DNA of 64,000 nucleotides, from the NCBI GenBank assembly GCA_000934665.2, contig KZ538007.1:1-64000 (forward strand). Reading direction: 5' to 3'. Source of the DNA: Catajapyx aquilonaris (Eukaryota). The notes under the pieces were generated by a model, which worked only from the letters and a program-made list of their open reading frames with translations, was not told where the DNA came from and made no database searches. Of this stretch, positions 22,101-35,100 are shown piece after piece. Position numbers and translations under genes: made by a program. Every line of letters starts with the position of its first letter. The stretch's first letter is position 1.

Positions 22101-25100
22101 GAGGCATGTATCATTATGTTGCTCCGAGCCCCTCATTATTTCATCCCAGCAATGGATGGTACCATCAAGACTGGCCTGCATAGGTAGGCGTACAAGCTAA
22201 ATGAAAATAGAGATAATTAATATAACATCGTGCGCATACAATTCCTGCTTAATGGGCATTATTTGGCATGGAAGAATGAATACTTTCAACCATAGCCCAC
22301 ATGAGGGTGCAATTTCACATTGTTAGTGTATGGACTGTTATTTTATAACACTACAAAAGCTACCTTGCCATGTCCTTTTGAGCTCTGACATTGTTACCAT
22401 ATTGTAACTGTACAATACATAATGTTTCTTGCACTCAAATTATAACCATCCTCTTCCAAATCTACCTATATACGTCTGTTGCCGTGAGCCATATTGAAAC
22501 ATAAAATAATATATTACTCCATACTATGTCAAATTGTTGCGCCATTATGGAATACCCATACAGATATATTCCACTATATGAACCAGCTGCATTTGGAATT
22601 GAACCTGAAGATTATTCAGTAAGCTTTTTTGTGAAACTTTATTGCAATGGGTTCTGTATACAGCAGGTATTTCAATAAAGAGTCATACGAGAAAGGTACC
22701 TGAGTAAGCTTCATGATCAATTCACCTGCTGCTATAAAGCTTGCATGCCAATGCTCCATGTATTGAAAAGGAAATGGCAAAATGCGCAAGAGCAGGGCTT
22801 AACAACATGTAGGTACGTATTTTAATAACACCTTTGATGAGAGTTTGAGACCGTTCAGATCCACTCGCAAAAAGCCATTAGATTCATCAGGAAATGTGAA
22901 CCATGGCCTGCGGGTATAATTTTCAGATATATAAAAAATGCGGTCCGGCATGGCCCAGCCTTTTCGCAGTATTTAGCGTGGAAGAAAAGGGGGAAACGGA
23001 CGTCCTTACGATGATACGGTGCAGCAGGGCCCATATTGCGGCGCCGTGTTCACTGCGCCATAATTATCGTAAATTTTGGGATCTCGTCGTCTCTGGACGG
23101 CCGCAATCCCTGCAAAGTAAAAAATTAATCATTTCCCGGTTTAAAACCCGCGCCACCACCGCAGTTTTGGCGTCATCAATGCGACCATCAAGAGGTTATG
23201 AATGCCGCAGAATGGGTTTCCATCTGCCAGTATCGACGCCCAAATTTCTAGGACAAAATAGAATGCTGCACGGGTCAATTGTGGTGTCAGATGAAATGTG
23301 CACAATAGATACACTGGACTGGGATGTGACCATGATGGCAGCTGTAAATCAGGCCAGAGCGGGTTTCATCTGGCCACAAACTGGCGATACTATCGATAGC
23401 AGTGTTATTGGGACTCTAGAAGGGAGAGGGGCAGGGAACGGCTGTAAAAGTTGGGGACGTGGTTATATTTCAGATGGGACCAACTTTCGCAATAAGTAGA
23501 CCTGAAGGACATCCGAAACAACTCCTTGACAATGCTACACAACAACGTGCAGTGAGTCTTAATATTACCGTACTGTGCAAAAATGAAATTTTCCGATAGT
23601 GTCTAAGGTTCTGAACACCGACTGGGCACATTTCTGTTGTGTTTACCCATCTGCTAACATAACTGGTGGTATACCCAAGGGTTATGTCGGTGTACGCAAC
23701 GGTACCATCCATGACTTGACCCTAAGCCCAACCAATATCTGCCTGCCCCACCTTTCAGCAATCCTTGCCAAAGTGCCTCCATTGTTTTACATTATGCAGA
23801 AGGCTTTGAGAGCGACAACAATGTTGCAAAACGTCTACCCCCGCCTCCGAGTTGACACCGGCACGCATGGGTTCAAGCAAAGGATAAACACGAACCGAGA
23901 GATTAGCGCCCTGGTGATGGACACGTAATGACCCAGGTGTCAAAACGGGCCGGAAGATTATACCCACGGGTGTTAACCCTGTCCATTTAACCCCCTCCCC
24001 CCTAGTGTCGAAGTACGTTGACCGCTATTTTTTCATCTAAAAAAAACCTATCTTTTACCTTCTGAAAATCATCCAGTACATACCCATCCCTGTGGGGCTC
24101 TGTGATCCACTCTAGAATTCAAATGCAAAGGTTGGATTTTGTCCCGAGGAGTAGATACCTGCCTTTGGGTTGTAGGGTGGCAAGGAGATGGGGGGTAGTT
24201 GGGGGACAGCCCCCACAAGCTAAAGCAATAACGAACCCATCCAACCCAGGGAAACTCGACGTGCATGTCAACTAAGGAAAGTGCCAGGGTTGTTAAGTCT
24301 CCAGGGTGTTTTCCAGTATGCAGAACGGACTAACAATTATGGCGTAAGTGAAGGGGAGTCCGGCGGGGAGAAGGGGGCGGAGGGTAGCGGGGCCTCAATT
24401 TACATCCCCCCCCCCCCCCNCCCCCCCAACATGCTTGAACTTCTCGACGCCACTTTGGAAAGACTCGCAATCCTAGTAGCTTTCATGGCGGGATATAGTG
24501 TGCACTGTACAGTATCTATGTGTGTGGGAGTCCCCTAGTAGGCTTCTCTAGGGATTGCTAACGACGAGGCAGTTTTGTAGCCATATTGGTCTAGGTGGCA
24601 GATGTTGGCATTCAAGTCAGGGCTGCTGGCGTATGGAGGGTTGAATGAATTTTTTTGTGCTGGATACTCAGGGTTATTTTGTTTCTGGCCTCTAAGAAAC
24701 TTGTTAACAAAACCTGACGTGGAATTTATTAAAATTTAATACTGTTCTGGAAAGTGTAACATTTATTTGGAAAATATTAGAGATGTGATGACCTTCTCTA
24801 ATGCATAATGATGTAACCAGTGCTAAATTCATTCACCTGGGAAAAAATTGAGAAAGTTTCTCTGTGTTTCTTTTTTGTTATAATAATTATAATAATAACA
24901 GTTACCGGTAAGTGTTACGTCAATATAACAATGCACCTATATTTACAAGTGAGAGAATAATAGAGCATGTTGAAAGTTTATGCCACCTGGTGTAAAGCCA
25001 CTCTGTAGGCTACAACATGTTACAGTATTGCCCTGTGCACTCTGTGATTGGCACAATTTGGCCAGTTCCAACTGTGTTACTCTACTACTTCCAAACTCAT

Positions 25101-26697
25101 TACCATTGTGGTTGTGTTTGTGACATTGTGACACGCGTGACAATTACATGTGTGTGTAGAGCAGTGGTCTGCATGACCAATATATTTATTAGTAATCACG
25201 CATTTTAAAACAGAACAAAATAATCGAATTGTGTAAAAGCAGGTGCTATTAATATGATAGAGACTAGGTGAAAATTAACTAGGATTTTGTAAGGTTTATT
25301 TCATCTATTGGCATTATTGTAACTGGCGTGGCAGCAATGAACGTACAGTACGCGATGTAGCGATTTATCCATTTTTCCCGGATGAGCAACCGAAAATAAG
25401 CCGCAGTTCGGATGAATGATTTTTAAATCCTCAAACCGTAGCCAGTTAAAAAGCGTCACGAAAAAATTCGCTGCATTAACAGTCCTATATAATGCATGTC
25501 GAACACTGATTTAATTGCCTTCAACTTTTGTCAGCTAGGACCTCCCAGGTCAAATGTGTCCATTAAATATCACATCCCTACGCCAACAGCACGGCCATAA
25601 ACTGATAATCTTAAATTCAGTGTTTTCCAATGCACCCATAAAAATGACCATCCGACATTGCAGTTTTTATTTAAATATTCCGCGGATAATCAGCAATTTC
25701 CTATGTCCTACTGTGCAACCCGATCGTTTTAAAATCACAGACCATTTGCAAGCTCGCATCGGATTTTAATGCCTCACATTCCTCCACTCCCTACATATTG
25801 CATTCACGAGGATTCATAAAAATAATAATTACTACCCCCGTTGTAAAAATTGGGTCAAAAAAAAAAAAAACGCCAGCTCTCTTTCTCCATTGTAAGGTCC
25901 AGGCCCTGACAGTTTGTAACGGATATTTAGGGAAGCCACGTTGTGTAACACTATGCTACATTGCTGCGATACCGCAATAAACTCACAAAAAGATAATTTT
26001 TCCCCACCGCCTCCGCGTGTGACGTTATTGTTACCCCCCTAGCCCTCCCTCTCCTAAGGCACAATGTATTTTGTATAGGTACGATGATGAATGATCCTGC
26101 CATGGAACAGTTACTCGAACAAGTAATCTACCCCACTTTTTTTTCCACCCCTTCTTCTCTCTCTGGTACGCCAGTATAGTAGGCCCAGCTCTAATTGTTA
26201 TAGTCTGAGATTTTGCACTAAGCCGTTAACCCAATAAAGCTGACAGTCACCGCAGCTGCCACCAGAAAGAGAGAAAAAAAGGGAATAATGCAACAGGAGG
26301 CGGCAGATGTACTGTATGACAGATTAGTTGATTTAAGGATTATAGACCCAAACCGCAGAGTATCACTTTACACTGGGAATGGTGAGGTTTGAGGGGCGGT
26401 GGGGGAGGTAGGCTGGAGGTTATAAGCGCAGTGAATATGGACTTCAAGGAGTGTTGTAGCCCCTGCCGAGTAGGATATCGGGTGAGCGAGAGAGGCATTT
26501 TGGTTGCGGATAAGTTAGGATGAACACCTATTGGAAAGGGCCGCTTCAAGGAGGCGGCAAGGATTATTGTGCTGCACTTATAACCAGCAGTAAAGGAATG
26601 GATATAACTGTAGATAATCAGTGTTATATGCTTTAATAACAGGAGACCCCGTACTCTTACCTACTTTCCTAGGCGTGCTGCTGATGTAGGTATAGGA

Positions 26698-26951
26698 CAG
26701 TGCTTTCCAACCGGTGGGTCGCGACCCCCATGGGGGTCGCGAGCCTTGGTTCAACCTTTATTTTTGCAATTTCTGTGTCAATTGAACCATTTTTGCGGTC
26801 GTACAAAGTGAACAGTATGTTTTCTGGAAACGGCGCAGTTTTACTGTAGGAGGGGCCGAGAGGGGAGGAAGGGGGGGGGGGGGTCGCGCATTTATGGAAA
26901 CATGTTTAGGGGGTCGCAGTTTCGCAGTTGGTAAAAGGTTGGAAACCACTG
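26698..26951. mobile_element. hAT (Charlie-like) MITE, 254 bp
   Basis: Ends CAGTGCTTTCCAACC and GGTTGGAAACCACTG. 8-bp TSD GTATAGGA/GTATAGGG. Internal GGGTCGC repeats. Confidence 0.88.
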
Positions 26952-27016
26952 GTATAGGGTGAATCCGCTGAAGGATAGGCGTGTATCTGCTGAAGCATAG
27001 GCATGTATCCGCCTAA

Positions 27017-27183
27017 AGCCCCGTTTACATGTGAGCGATTTGACAAGCGAAGTCATCGCCGAGTGACGTAACCAATATTGTTTGAGGTGAAAGTAACAAT
27101 CGATTTTTGCCTCAAACAACTCGAGTTACTCAGCTTTGTTATCGCCGGCGAATGACATCGCGCGATCAAATCGCTCACATGTA
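27017..27183. mobile_element. Foldback Harbinger-like MITE with truncated right end
   Basis: TAA|AGCCCCGTTTACATGTGAGCGATTTGA pairs with TCAAATCGCTCACATGTA (27166-27183). Inner arms TTGTTTGAGG/CCTCAAACAA. About 9 terminal nt of the right TIR are missing where the next element begins. Confidence 0.7.
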
Positions 27184-27184
27184 C

Positions 27185-27343
27185 AGGTCGGGTTGCACCG
27201 GCTCCGGGAAAATTTGTCTGGCCGAAGAAGAGCCAGGATAGTTTGTTGTCAATTGTTGTCAACAATTCTATCAACAATTGATAACAAACTATCCTGGCTC
27301 TTCTTCGGCCATTCAAATTCCTGGAGCAGGTGCAACCCGGCCT
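27185..27343. mobile_element. Foldback Harbinger-like MITE, 159 bp
   Basis: AGGTCGGGTTGCACC...GGTGCAACCCGGCCT. Arms of about 72 nt (27185-27258 and 27272-27343) are nearly complementary. TSD is not clean. Confidence 0.8.
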
Positions 27344-27410
27344 ATAAGGAAAGGCGTGTATCTGCTGAATGATAGACGTATATCCTCTGGAAGGAAAGGT
27401 TGGGTCATGG

Positions 27411-27649
27411 TAGGGCTGTGCGATATCCGAAATTGCATATCGACTTTCGATACTCAAAAAATATCGCATCGAAGTCGATATATTGAAAAACGAAAAACCG
27501 ACATCGCAAAATATCGCACATCGCAAAATATTGAAAACCGACATAGCGATATTCGATACATCGCACATGCCAAGCGTCGGATATCGCAACTTCGATATTA
27601 GGAAAATATCGCATCGACACTCGATGTATCGAAATATCGCACAGCCCTA
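27411..27649. mobile_element. hAT (Ac-like) MITE, 239 bp, with ATATCG/CGATAT subterminal repeats
   Basis: Perfect 16-bp TIRs TAGGGCTGTGCGATAT/ATATCGCACAGCCCTA. Flanks GGTCATGG and GG-CATGG. Many internal ATATCG/ATCGC motifs. Confidence 0.88.
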
Positions 27650-30600
27650 GGCATGGCCGGTCCTAATAAAATCCTATTAAAGCCCTAGGTCATGGGGTAT
27701 AGGTTGGTGCCACATTCGGTCTCCCATTACGAAAGTTCTGCCACCACCAGTTAGTAGGCTGGGAACCCCATGCGGATCTCACACTTTTGGTCATATATCT
27801 AAACGGTTTATGATTTTCATGATAGTTGCACCAACGAATGCATAAATGAATGACATAACGCAAGCCTCTCCGTTAATGCGATTCACGCCCGAAATAAAAC
27901 CGCCATGGCTGATAAGTCATCCCTAGGGGGATAGGTATAGGGTGGTGGATGTTGGGGGAGTTCTTCCGACCTTTTGGCAACATCAGTAGCAACGCCCCTC
28001 GCACCCCAAAAAAATATGGCGTTGGCAAGTTTTCTGATCCCTTAATGCGAATCTGATGGCCGGAGATCGGGCAAGGATTTTTCTTCCCGTGCTGAGGCGC
28101 GAAGGAAGGATGAGAAAAAAAATATTTAAAAAGGGATAAAGCAAAAGAGTCAAGTGGCAAAGATGAAGGAGGGTTGTGCAGAGATTGCTTCAAACCCTGA
28201 ATCTTTTTACCATGCTTTGGTGGAAGAGAGACTGGGGTAAAACAAGACCGCAAATTGTGGGTGCGTTTATATCTTGGAGGCCCATTTCCGGTGAGTGGCT
28301 CGCAGGCCGGAAGCGGAAGAGTTGAGGGAGAAAAAATTGGTGCTTACCCACAGATGGACGCACCGGATACTGCCCGGAACTTATTTCCCGTCCATCTTTT
28401 TTTCTATGAAGAATGGGCGTGCCAAAGGGCGAGATTCATCCGGACTTGATTAGTCTCATTTCTTTTGCTTGGAAAAGCGCGACTGATCATTGTTGATTGG
28501 GTTGTTTTTCTAAAAGGAGCGTCTTTTTTGTGCCGAGTGTTAGTGCAACCAAAGCACGCTTGCAATGAAATGTTTCTTTTTAGGAACAGAGTGGTGCTGA
28601 CTGCTGAGTCATATTCTTGCTTGGGGGACCGATATGCTGGTGTCATATGGCTCTTTTGGCAGGGATGGTGCTTTATAGAACATATCACCTACGCACTAAA
28701 CCAACACATCAACCCTCCAATCCTCTTGATCTAAACACTAAACACACAGGAAAAGCCATTAAAGGGGTTCTGATGATGAAATACTGTACTGTATTTTGTG
28801 AGATTTGACCTCCATAGGTCATCTCCACAGACCCTGAAGAGCCACTGAGGGTCGTGGTCGTGGTCTAATAATACACTGGTTGCCAACAACCTATTTTATT
28901 AGGCCTAGCCTCGCTCTATGGTGCTTCACGACTTACTCAAATCTGCAAGCCTCTCCAGGTCCCCACCTGACACCCCCTGCATCCATGCCATCTCTTGGCA
29001 AAACTGCTAACTCACACAACTCACTCCATGTTCTGAAGGCAGGGGATGTTACAATAGTCTTGGACTAGCGCATATTCGGATAATATTTTCTTTTCGCCCT
29101 GGTGATCGTTCGCAAAACCTGAATTTCATTTCAGTAAATGGATAATTTCCAGTAATACTTGCACTCCCAGCGGGTGCTTGCATTAGTTAACTACAGTAAT
29201 CACTCTATAGAGTGCTTACATTGTTCAACATATGATACAATTTTCAATAATGATATTGTTAGCCTGGTCATGATGGTGACAGATTGTACACAATAATAAT
29301 AGTGCCAATCAAGTACGTTAGCCTGCTTGTTTAAAATGTCAGGTGCAACGATTATGGATGATCAAGAGCACTTTCATTGTGATGCATACGTACGTATATA
29401 AATAAATTAAATTAATAACAATCATATGAGCATCAAACGAATTAGTTACTAGGTTGGAACCAATCAAATCAGCGTGTATGTTTTTACACCGTTATTGCCA
29501 TGTTACTGTGTCTTTCAGCTGCGTATAGTTACAACTGCAAACTGTCCGCGACAGACATGCATGCTGCGTTTTGTACTGTTCAGTATACAAGAGTAAGTTT
29601 TAATACCATGACCGCACCCGAAGTCAGCAACTGGCTTAATTTGTAATGCACCAAAAATAAAGAGGGATGGCATGCTAGAATATAATGAGATTTCTTGTTC
29701 AGCTGACTACAAAGCGTTTTACAGTTTCCTCCCAGAAGAGAGCTAAAAATACACAGCTTCCAAATTGCTTATAAATTACTCATAGAGGTGCACCATTTCA
29801 GATTATTCTTATCTAAATCGCACGATTATAATTATTTTACATCCAGTTCTGAGTTCTACATGAGACTCTTTCACTCTTTGCCATTGCTGGTGGTGGCTGC
29901 CAAGACCTGTGCCGCAGTAAGAGACATACCCCTACTACCTCATCGATATCGATTTATTGATTCATGGTGCCTTTTAAATTGATAGGCCCGCAATTCATTT
30001 TGGACGAGAATGGAAAGTGGGGATAATTTGTCCCGATGAATTATGCGACTTGCTCACTGAATTCAGACCGTGAAATTTTCATTAGTATCTTATGCCAAGG
30101 GATGGGATCAGTTTATTTGAACGTTAGGTATGCCTTTCATTAGTCTGCGTGGTTCATAGCTCGGTGTTTGATTTTTTTTTTCTTTGAAAAACCAGTATTG
30201 TATTGTTGCAAATGCTGCAGAACTGTTACCGATGCCACTGAAGCGATTATTACCGTGGTAACTAATTTAAGAAATTAAGTGCATATTTAATGCTTAGTTA
30301 CACCGAATAATAGTTTTAATTAGCTGTGATGTAACCACGAATGAGCATGATATGCTGCGGTTTCAGGTGAGCGTATGATGTAGGGTCCAAAAGTGGGGCA
30401 TTTTTTTGTCAATTTATCTATCAGTAGCAAGGGGAATGGCGGAATTTAAAAAAAATCTTTACCCCATTAGAGGGAACAGAGCCCGTTTAGGGGGGTGGAT
30501 TACCACCATTTTTCTTACGAAATTTCATCGCATAATGGCGGAAAATATATTCAGGCACATTCATATTTTTAAAACAGATACTATATCTGCTAGACGCGCT

Positions 30601-31736
30601 TCATATGAATGAAACAATTCGTTAAAAAATACAGTCGTAACATTTGGTTTTTAGAAAGCAGATTACACGGCCGCTGATTAATTCATGAAAAATAAGCGAA
30701 ATCGATAAGCAGTGTACCCGAGTGTACCTCCAATATTGCCTGTCCCTGCATCGGATAGCAATGTATCGCCTAGATTGGGACACTATCCACTGCTTTATTA
30801 ATTTGGACCCCTCATTGGCATGCAGGAGAGCCATGTTTGTTTTTGTGAAATACCGGTACATGAATAGCAATACAATAATAATGAAAACGTGCTCACAAAT
30901 GGGCCCTACTCTCATCGCAAAACACGTCGATGTAGCAGATTCACTCCTCCAATAGTGAAGTCCCAGAAAAAAAGGAGCAGCCTGACAACCTTCTATTGGA
31001 AATCACTATCACTTTAATTAAGGTTGACTCCAGACTTCCAATTCCGCTTTTCATAATCCTTGAGAGCAATACCGGCATTTCTATAGTCTTCTCTGGTCCC
31101 CCTACGCGTTATATGGTATAGCATACCCGCATAGTGATCCTCATAACTCGGCCATAAAGCGCGTAATAAATTTTTGAGGAAAGGAAGCTGTCATTGCCAT
31201 CTTCGGGGGTCTACTGCCCCATTTCGTCAGAGGGGTTTGGACCGCTATAAATCTCCTCTCCGACACTTTCTTTACGGCCGCATTCACAGCAATTAGAGCC
31301 CAAGTGACTTTTCGGGAGAGTCATAAGGTGGTTCGTCGAAGCTTGGCCCCCTACCGTGTGTAGAACGATTGTGGTCGTGACCGATAGAGGGTTTTCGAAT
31401 GTGGGTTGACTCTATACGTTTATTTTCTTGTAAATTCTAGGTAGTTGACCTGGCCGTATAATTTGGTTAAAATGTTGCTGGAGTGGTGGAAAGTTGAATA
31501 TACATATATCATATATCAGTGCTGATGGCAGAGTGCACGTTATATAGTTTATGAGAGAATGGTAGCCAAATGAAGTTTATTTAACGATGGTGCAGTGCGT
31601 AATGCTGTGTATAATATACTCATGTGTATACTGTACACGGGGTTTCATGCTGAGGCATGCGTTCATAAAGAGAGGGTATGAAAAATGCAGTTGCGACTAC
31701 CTCCATTTTAAAAAGTTATAATAGCTATCGCTTTAA

Positions 31737-32173
31737 AGGGACACTCCACTCAAAATACAAGTTGGCCCCCAAAAATCGGGCAAAAAATCCGATGTGCAAT
31801 CGTTTTTTTTCTACGCCCAACGGTAACACGGAAAATCATATATCTACACACGTCGTCTCGCGTCGTCTGCTAAGAAGGGCGATACAACAGCATCTCGCGG
31901 CAAACCGGAGAAGTAGAGAAGGAGAGAAGAGGAGAGCCGCGCCAGGCTGGCGCGGCAGTTGTTTGTTGATCACCTTCTCTAGTTCCGCCCGGTTCCACTC
32001 TGGTGGCGTCGCCACCTGCGCCCACCGCCCCGCGCGCGGTTTTCGAATGACACACTTCCAGCTTTCACACTGGCCTTACCGTTCGTCTCTAAGAAAAACT
32101 GCTTATACCCTCGGAATCAGGATTTTTTGCCCGATTTTTAGAACCCAACTTGTATTTTGAGTGGAGTGTTCCT
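31737..32173. mobile_element. TTAA-specific MITE with AGG termini (Kolobok/T2-like), 437 bp
   Basis: TTAA|AGGGACACTCCACTCAAAATACAAGTTGG...CCAACTTGTATTTTGAGTGGAGTGTTCCT|TTAA. Imperfect TIR extends about 55 bp. GC-rich core. Confidence 0.9.
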
Positions 32174-35100
32174 TTAAGCTATTTCGGAGGAAGAACGGAA
32201 AGATTGTGCTATATACGTTGAAGAATATTATTACGCACCTTGTAAAAATCAAAATTGACCTTTCCAATTCCCAAGGTTTATTACACTGAGCTTTAAAATG
32301 TCACGAACATCTTCACAATATTACGCTCTGACTATAAAGAAAATATTTGCTGTAGCTTGCAGAGTATGTACATTGTGGCAAAGAATAACTGCAGGGGAAA
32401 CACATTATGCAAAAAAATATGGCATACCCTTGCGAGTAAATTGTGTTACCCCTGTTTGTCAATGGCCGTTGCTATGTACTGTAGTATAGGGCGAGTGGCC
32501 CGATTCCAATTTTCGAAAATACTCTGTTTTGCGACTTAATCACGCAGCAGGTTTAGTAGATGGTTGCTGAAACCACTGCGCTGTTTTATACTAGAGAGAA
32601 AAATGTTAACAGGACCTCGGAGGAAGATTACATTCTGCAATAGCTTTTCGGAATACATTGGTGATATGCAACGCACCGTTTACGACTCATTTGTAAGCAA
32701 TTGGGATGCTGTTTATTTTTAGCGCATCCACCTTTTTGTAGATGATACCTTTTTAATGCATCATCATCTTCATTAACGTGAAATGAGGAGGGAAAAAGGT
32801 GCCTACTAACAGGCCTACATAGGGGCATTTTCTCATTACTTGTTTTCTGATCTTTGTTAGAATGCTTAGAAACTTACGCAACAAGCGTTGGATTGCTCTC
32901 CAGGTTATTAGCTTCGCTATTCTGGTATAGGTCGAGCATGCGTTAGAAGCAGTGGATGAGTTTAATTTGTTCTTTATTGCATTTGTTATGGGCATAGTCC
33001 CGGGTAGCTGCCTGGTGCCAGGCTTACTTATACTTATCCTGTTCTTCATAGACCACATTATTAGATCAGTAAAGTGGGCTGTTTGATGTATTGTTAAAAA
33101 TATTCTCCATTTCAGCTCTTTTTGCTAGAGAATTTACATTTCTCTTGGGAATAGGATATTGTAAAATGTAATGTGATGATCGTGACGTCACGCACCACTT
33201 CACGCACGCAAATCCCTCGACACTTTTTTTTTCAACAGACATAACTATATTATGCGCGTAAGGTGAGAGACTCGCGCACCTATTTTGTCCATTTTCCCAC
33301 TTGCCGCAGACTATAGAGACGTGTTTCTAGTTTTAAAGTTGCGACCTTCTGGCTTCGCAGTGACGAAGTGATGTCGTTGATACTACACCTCTCCACTAGT
33401 TTTACTGTCACATTTGACTGTAGTGCAGTAAAAACTGCTGTTCTAGTGGAGTTGTTTTATGTGCAAGTGGAGTACACTGTTTACAAACACAGAAAAGTCT
33501 CCTGGTTACAACACGGATCTAGTTTCCTTTTTAAACATCAATGGTGCGTAACCTGTACAGTAAACAGTATTACTGTATTATATGAGCACAAAGTCTACGA
33601 CCATAGGTGCATTAGGCCTACTAGATAGGCTATTAATGTATTGGCAAATTGTTAGGTGTATTACTGAAGCTATAGTGAATAGATGTGATCACTCTGATTT
33701 AATATGACTGACGGCATACATTGTCCAAATGGAGATGAGACATTGCCGCACTTTTAATTACACGTGTCCAGCGAGTTAAAAGACGCTTAAGTTGGTAGAA
33801 AGTCGCAAGACAAACAGTCAAGCTGAACTGAGCAATTTCCCAACCAAAGATAGTTCCCATTTCCATAATTAAAACCCGCATTTGGAATAAAAAATGAGGG
33901 GGAGCTGGGGAATCCTCAGAGGTCATATTTAAAGGGTGGTTTGTGGGAGGGAAAGGCTCTCTCTTATCTGCGTTTCACGCCTCGACTGCAGCGCTGCTCA
34001 GCGGTCGATAAGAGAGATCGCGAGCGTCGACGAGGAAACAATGGAAATCTGAAGAAACACCGATGTGTTCTACAGTGGGCGTTGGGGATTGATTATTTTG
34101 GCTGTTTGTCTTTTCAGGAGATTTTCCCAGCCATTTTCCCACCGCATTCTCCACTTTAAATCCCCCCTCCACTTGTCGCTTGTTGACAATGTTGCATTTC
34201 GACTGGTTGCTTTTGAGCCGCCATGTTGACAATCCTGATGATTGGCTTCCCGAACATGAATTGGATTTCCGCTGGATTTCCTGCTCGACTTGGCGACGAA
34301 AAGAGTGTAGGCCTAGTGAAGTCCCTTCCTCGCCGTCACCAGAACCACCTACCTCAGTTCGTACACCTTCCTTTTCTCGACGCTTCTGACGCGACCAAAT
34401 TTGGTTATAATTTAATGGTCCGGACCGCTCGTGACGAATCCCAAAGTGTGACATGCAGTGGTAACTTGTTCAAATTGCATTAAATTTGAAAATTAATCGG
34501 CTTTCCTAAACACAGGTCACAAAATTAGTTTGGCTAACCGAATTCTGTACGGGCATATCACGCTATTGTTGGGTATACTTGGATCAAGTTAATACAGCTG
34601 CATGTGAAACACCTAATATGTAACAGAATCTGTGTGTAATAGATTTTTGGACCGACATGTGTCTGTTACCTTATATGAATCTGAAACTGCGTTGTTGGTG
34701 GTATCCGGGTAATTTGCTTGAAGAACTTTGAACAACTGTGAGCAAATGAGTGCTCCAATTTTTGGTGTGACTTCTATCCCGTCAGGTAGGGTATGTAATC
34801 TGTAGGATTTTGGTTCGTTTACACTAGACCTGAACACAGGTGAGGAGCAATCCCTACCAGGATTTAGTGTGTTCTAACGCAGTAGCTAGTAGGCTATTTA
34901 CAGGTGATGTATCAGGTAGTACCATGTATTTTACCCATTTATTGAACATCTATCACTTAACACAATTAGCATGAGCCTATTTTTATCATTAAATGATAAA
35001 TATTTACTGTAGCCTATACAAATTTTGTATAGGCTACAGTAAATATTTTGCAGCGTCACTTTATGACGTACTATGTCGCTTTTTTTGCAAGTTGACCTTT

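Noticed and set aside
22903..23499. 198-aa ORF (longest in the track)
   Set aside because: No recognisable domain, codon bias or exon boundaries; consistent with chance.
24340..24452. Short hAT-like MITE (TGGCGT...ACGCCA)
   Set aside because: The inverted match is only 6 bp, there is no TSD, and the region contains an N.
27053..27620. ORFs of 178, 107 and 71 aa
   Set aside because: By-products of palindromic and repetitive MITE sequence.
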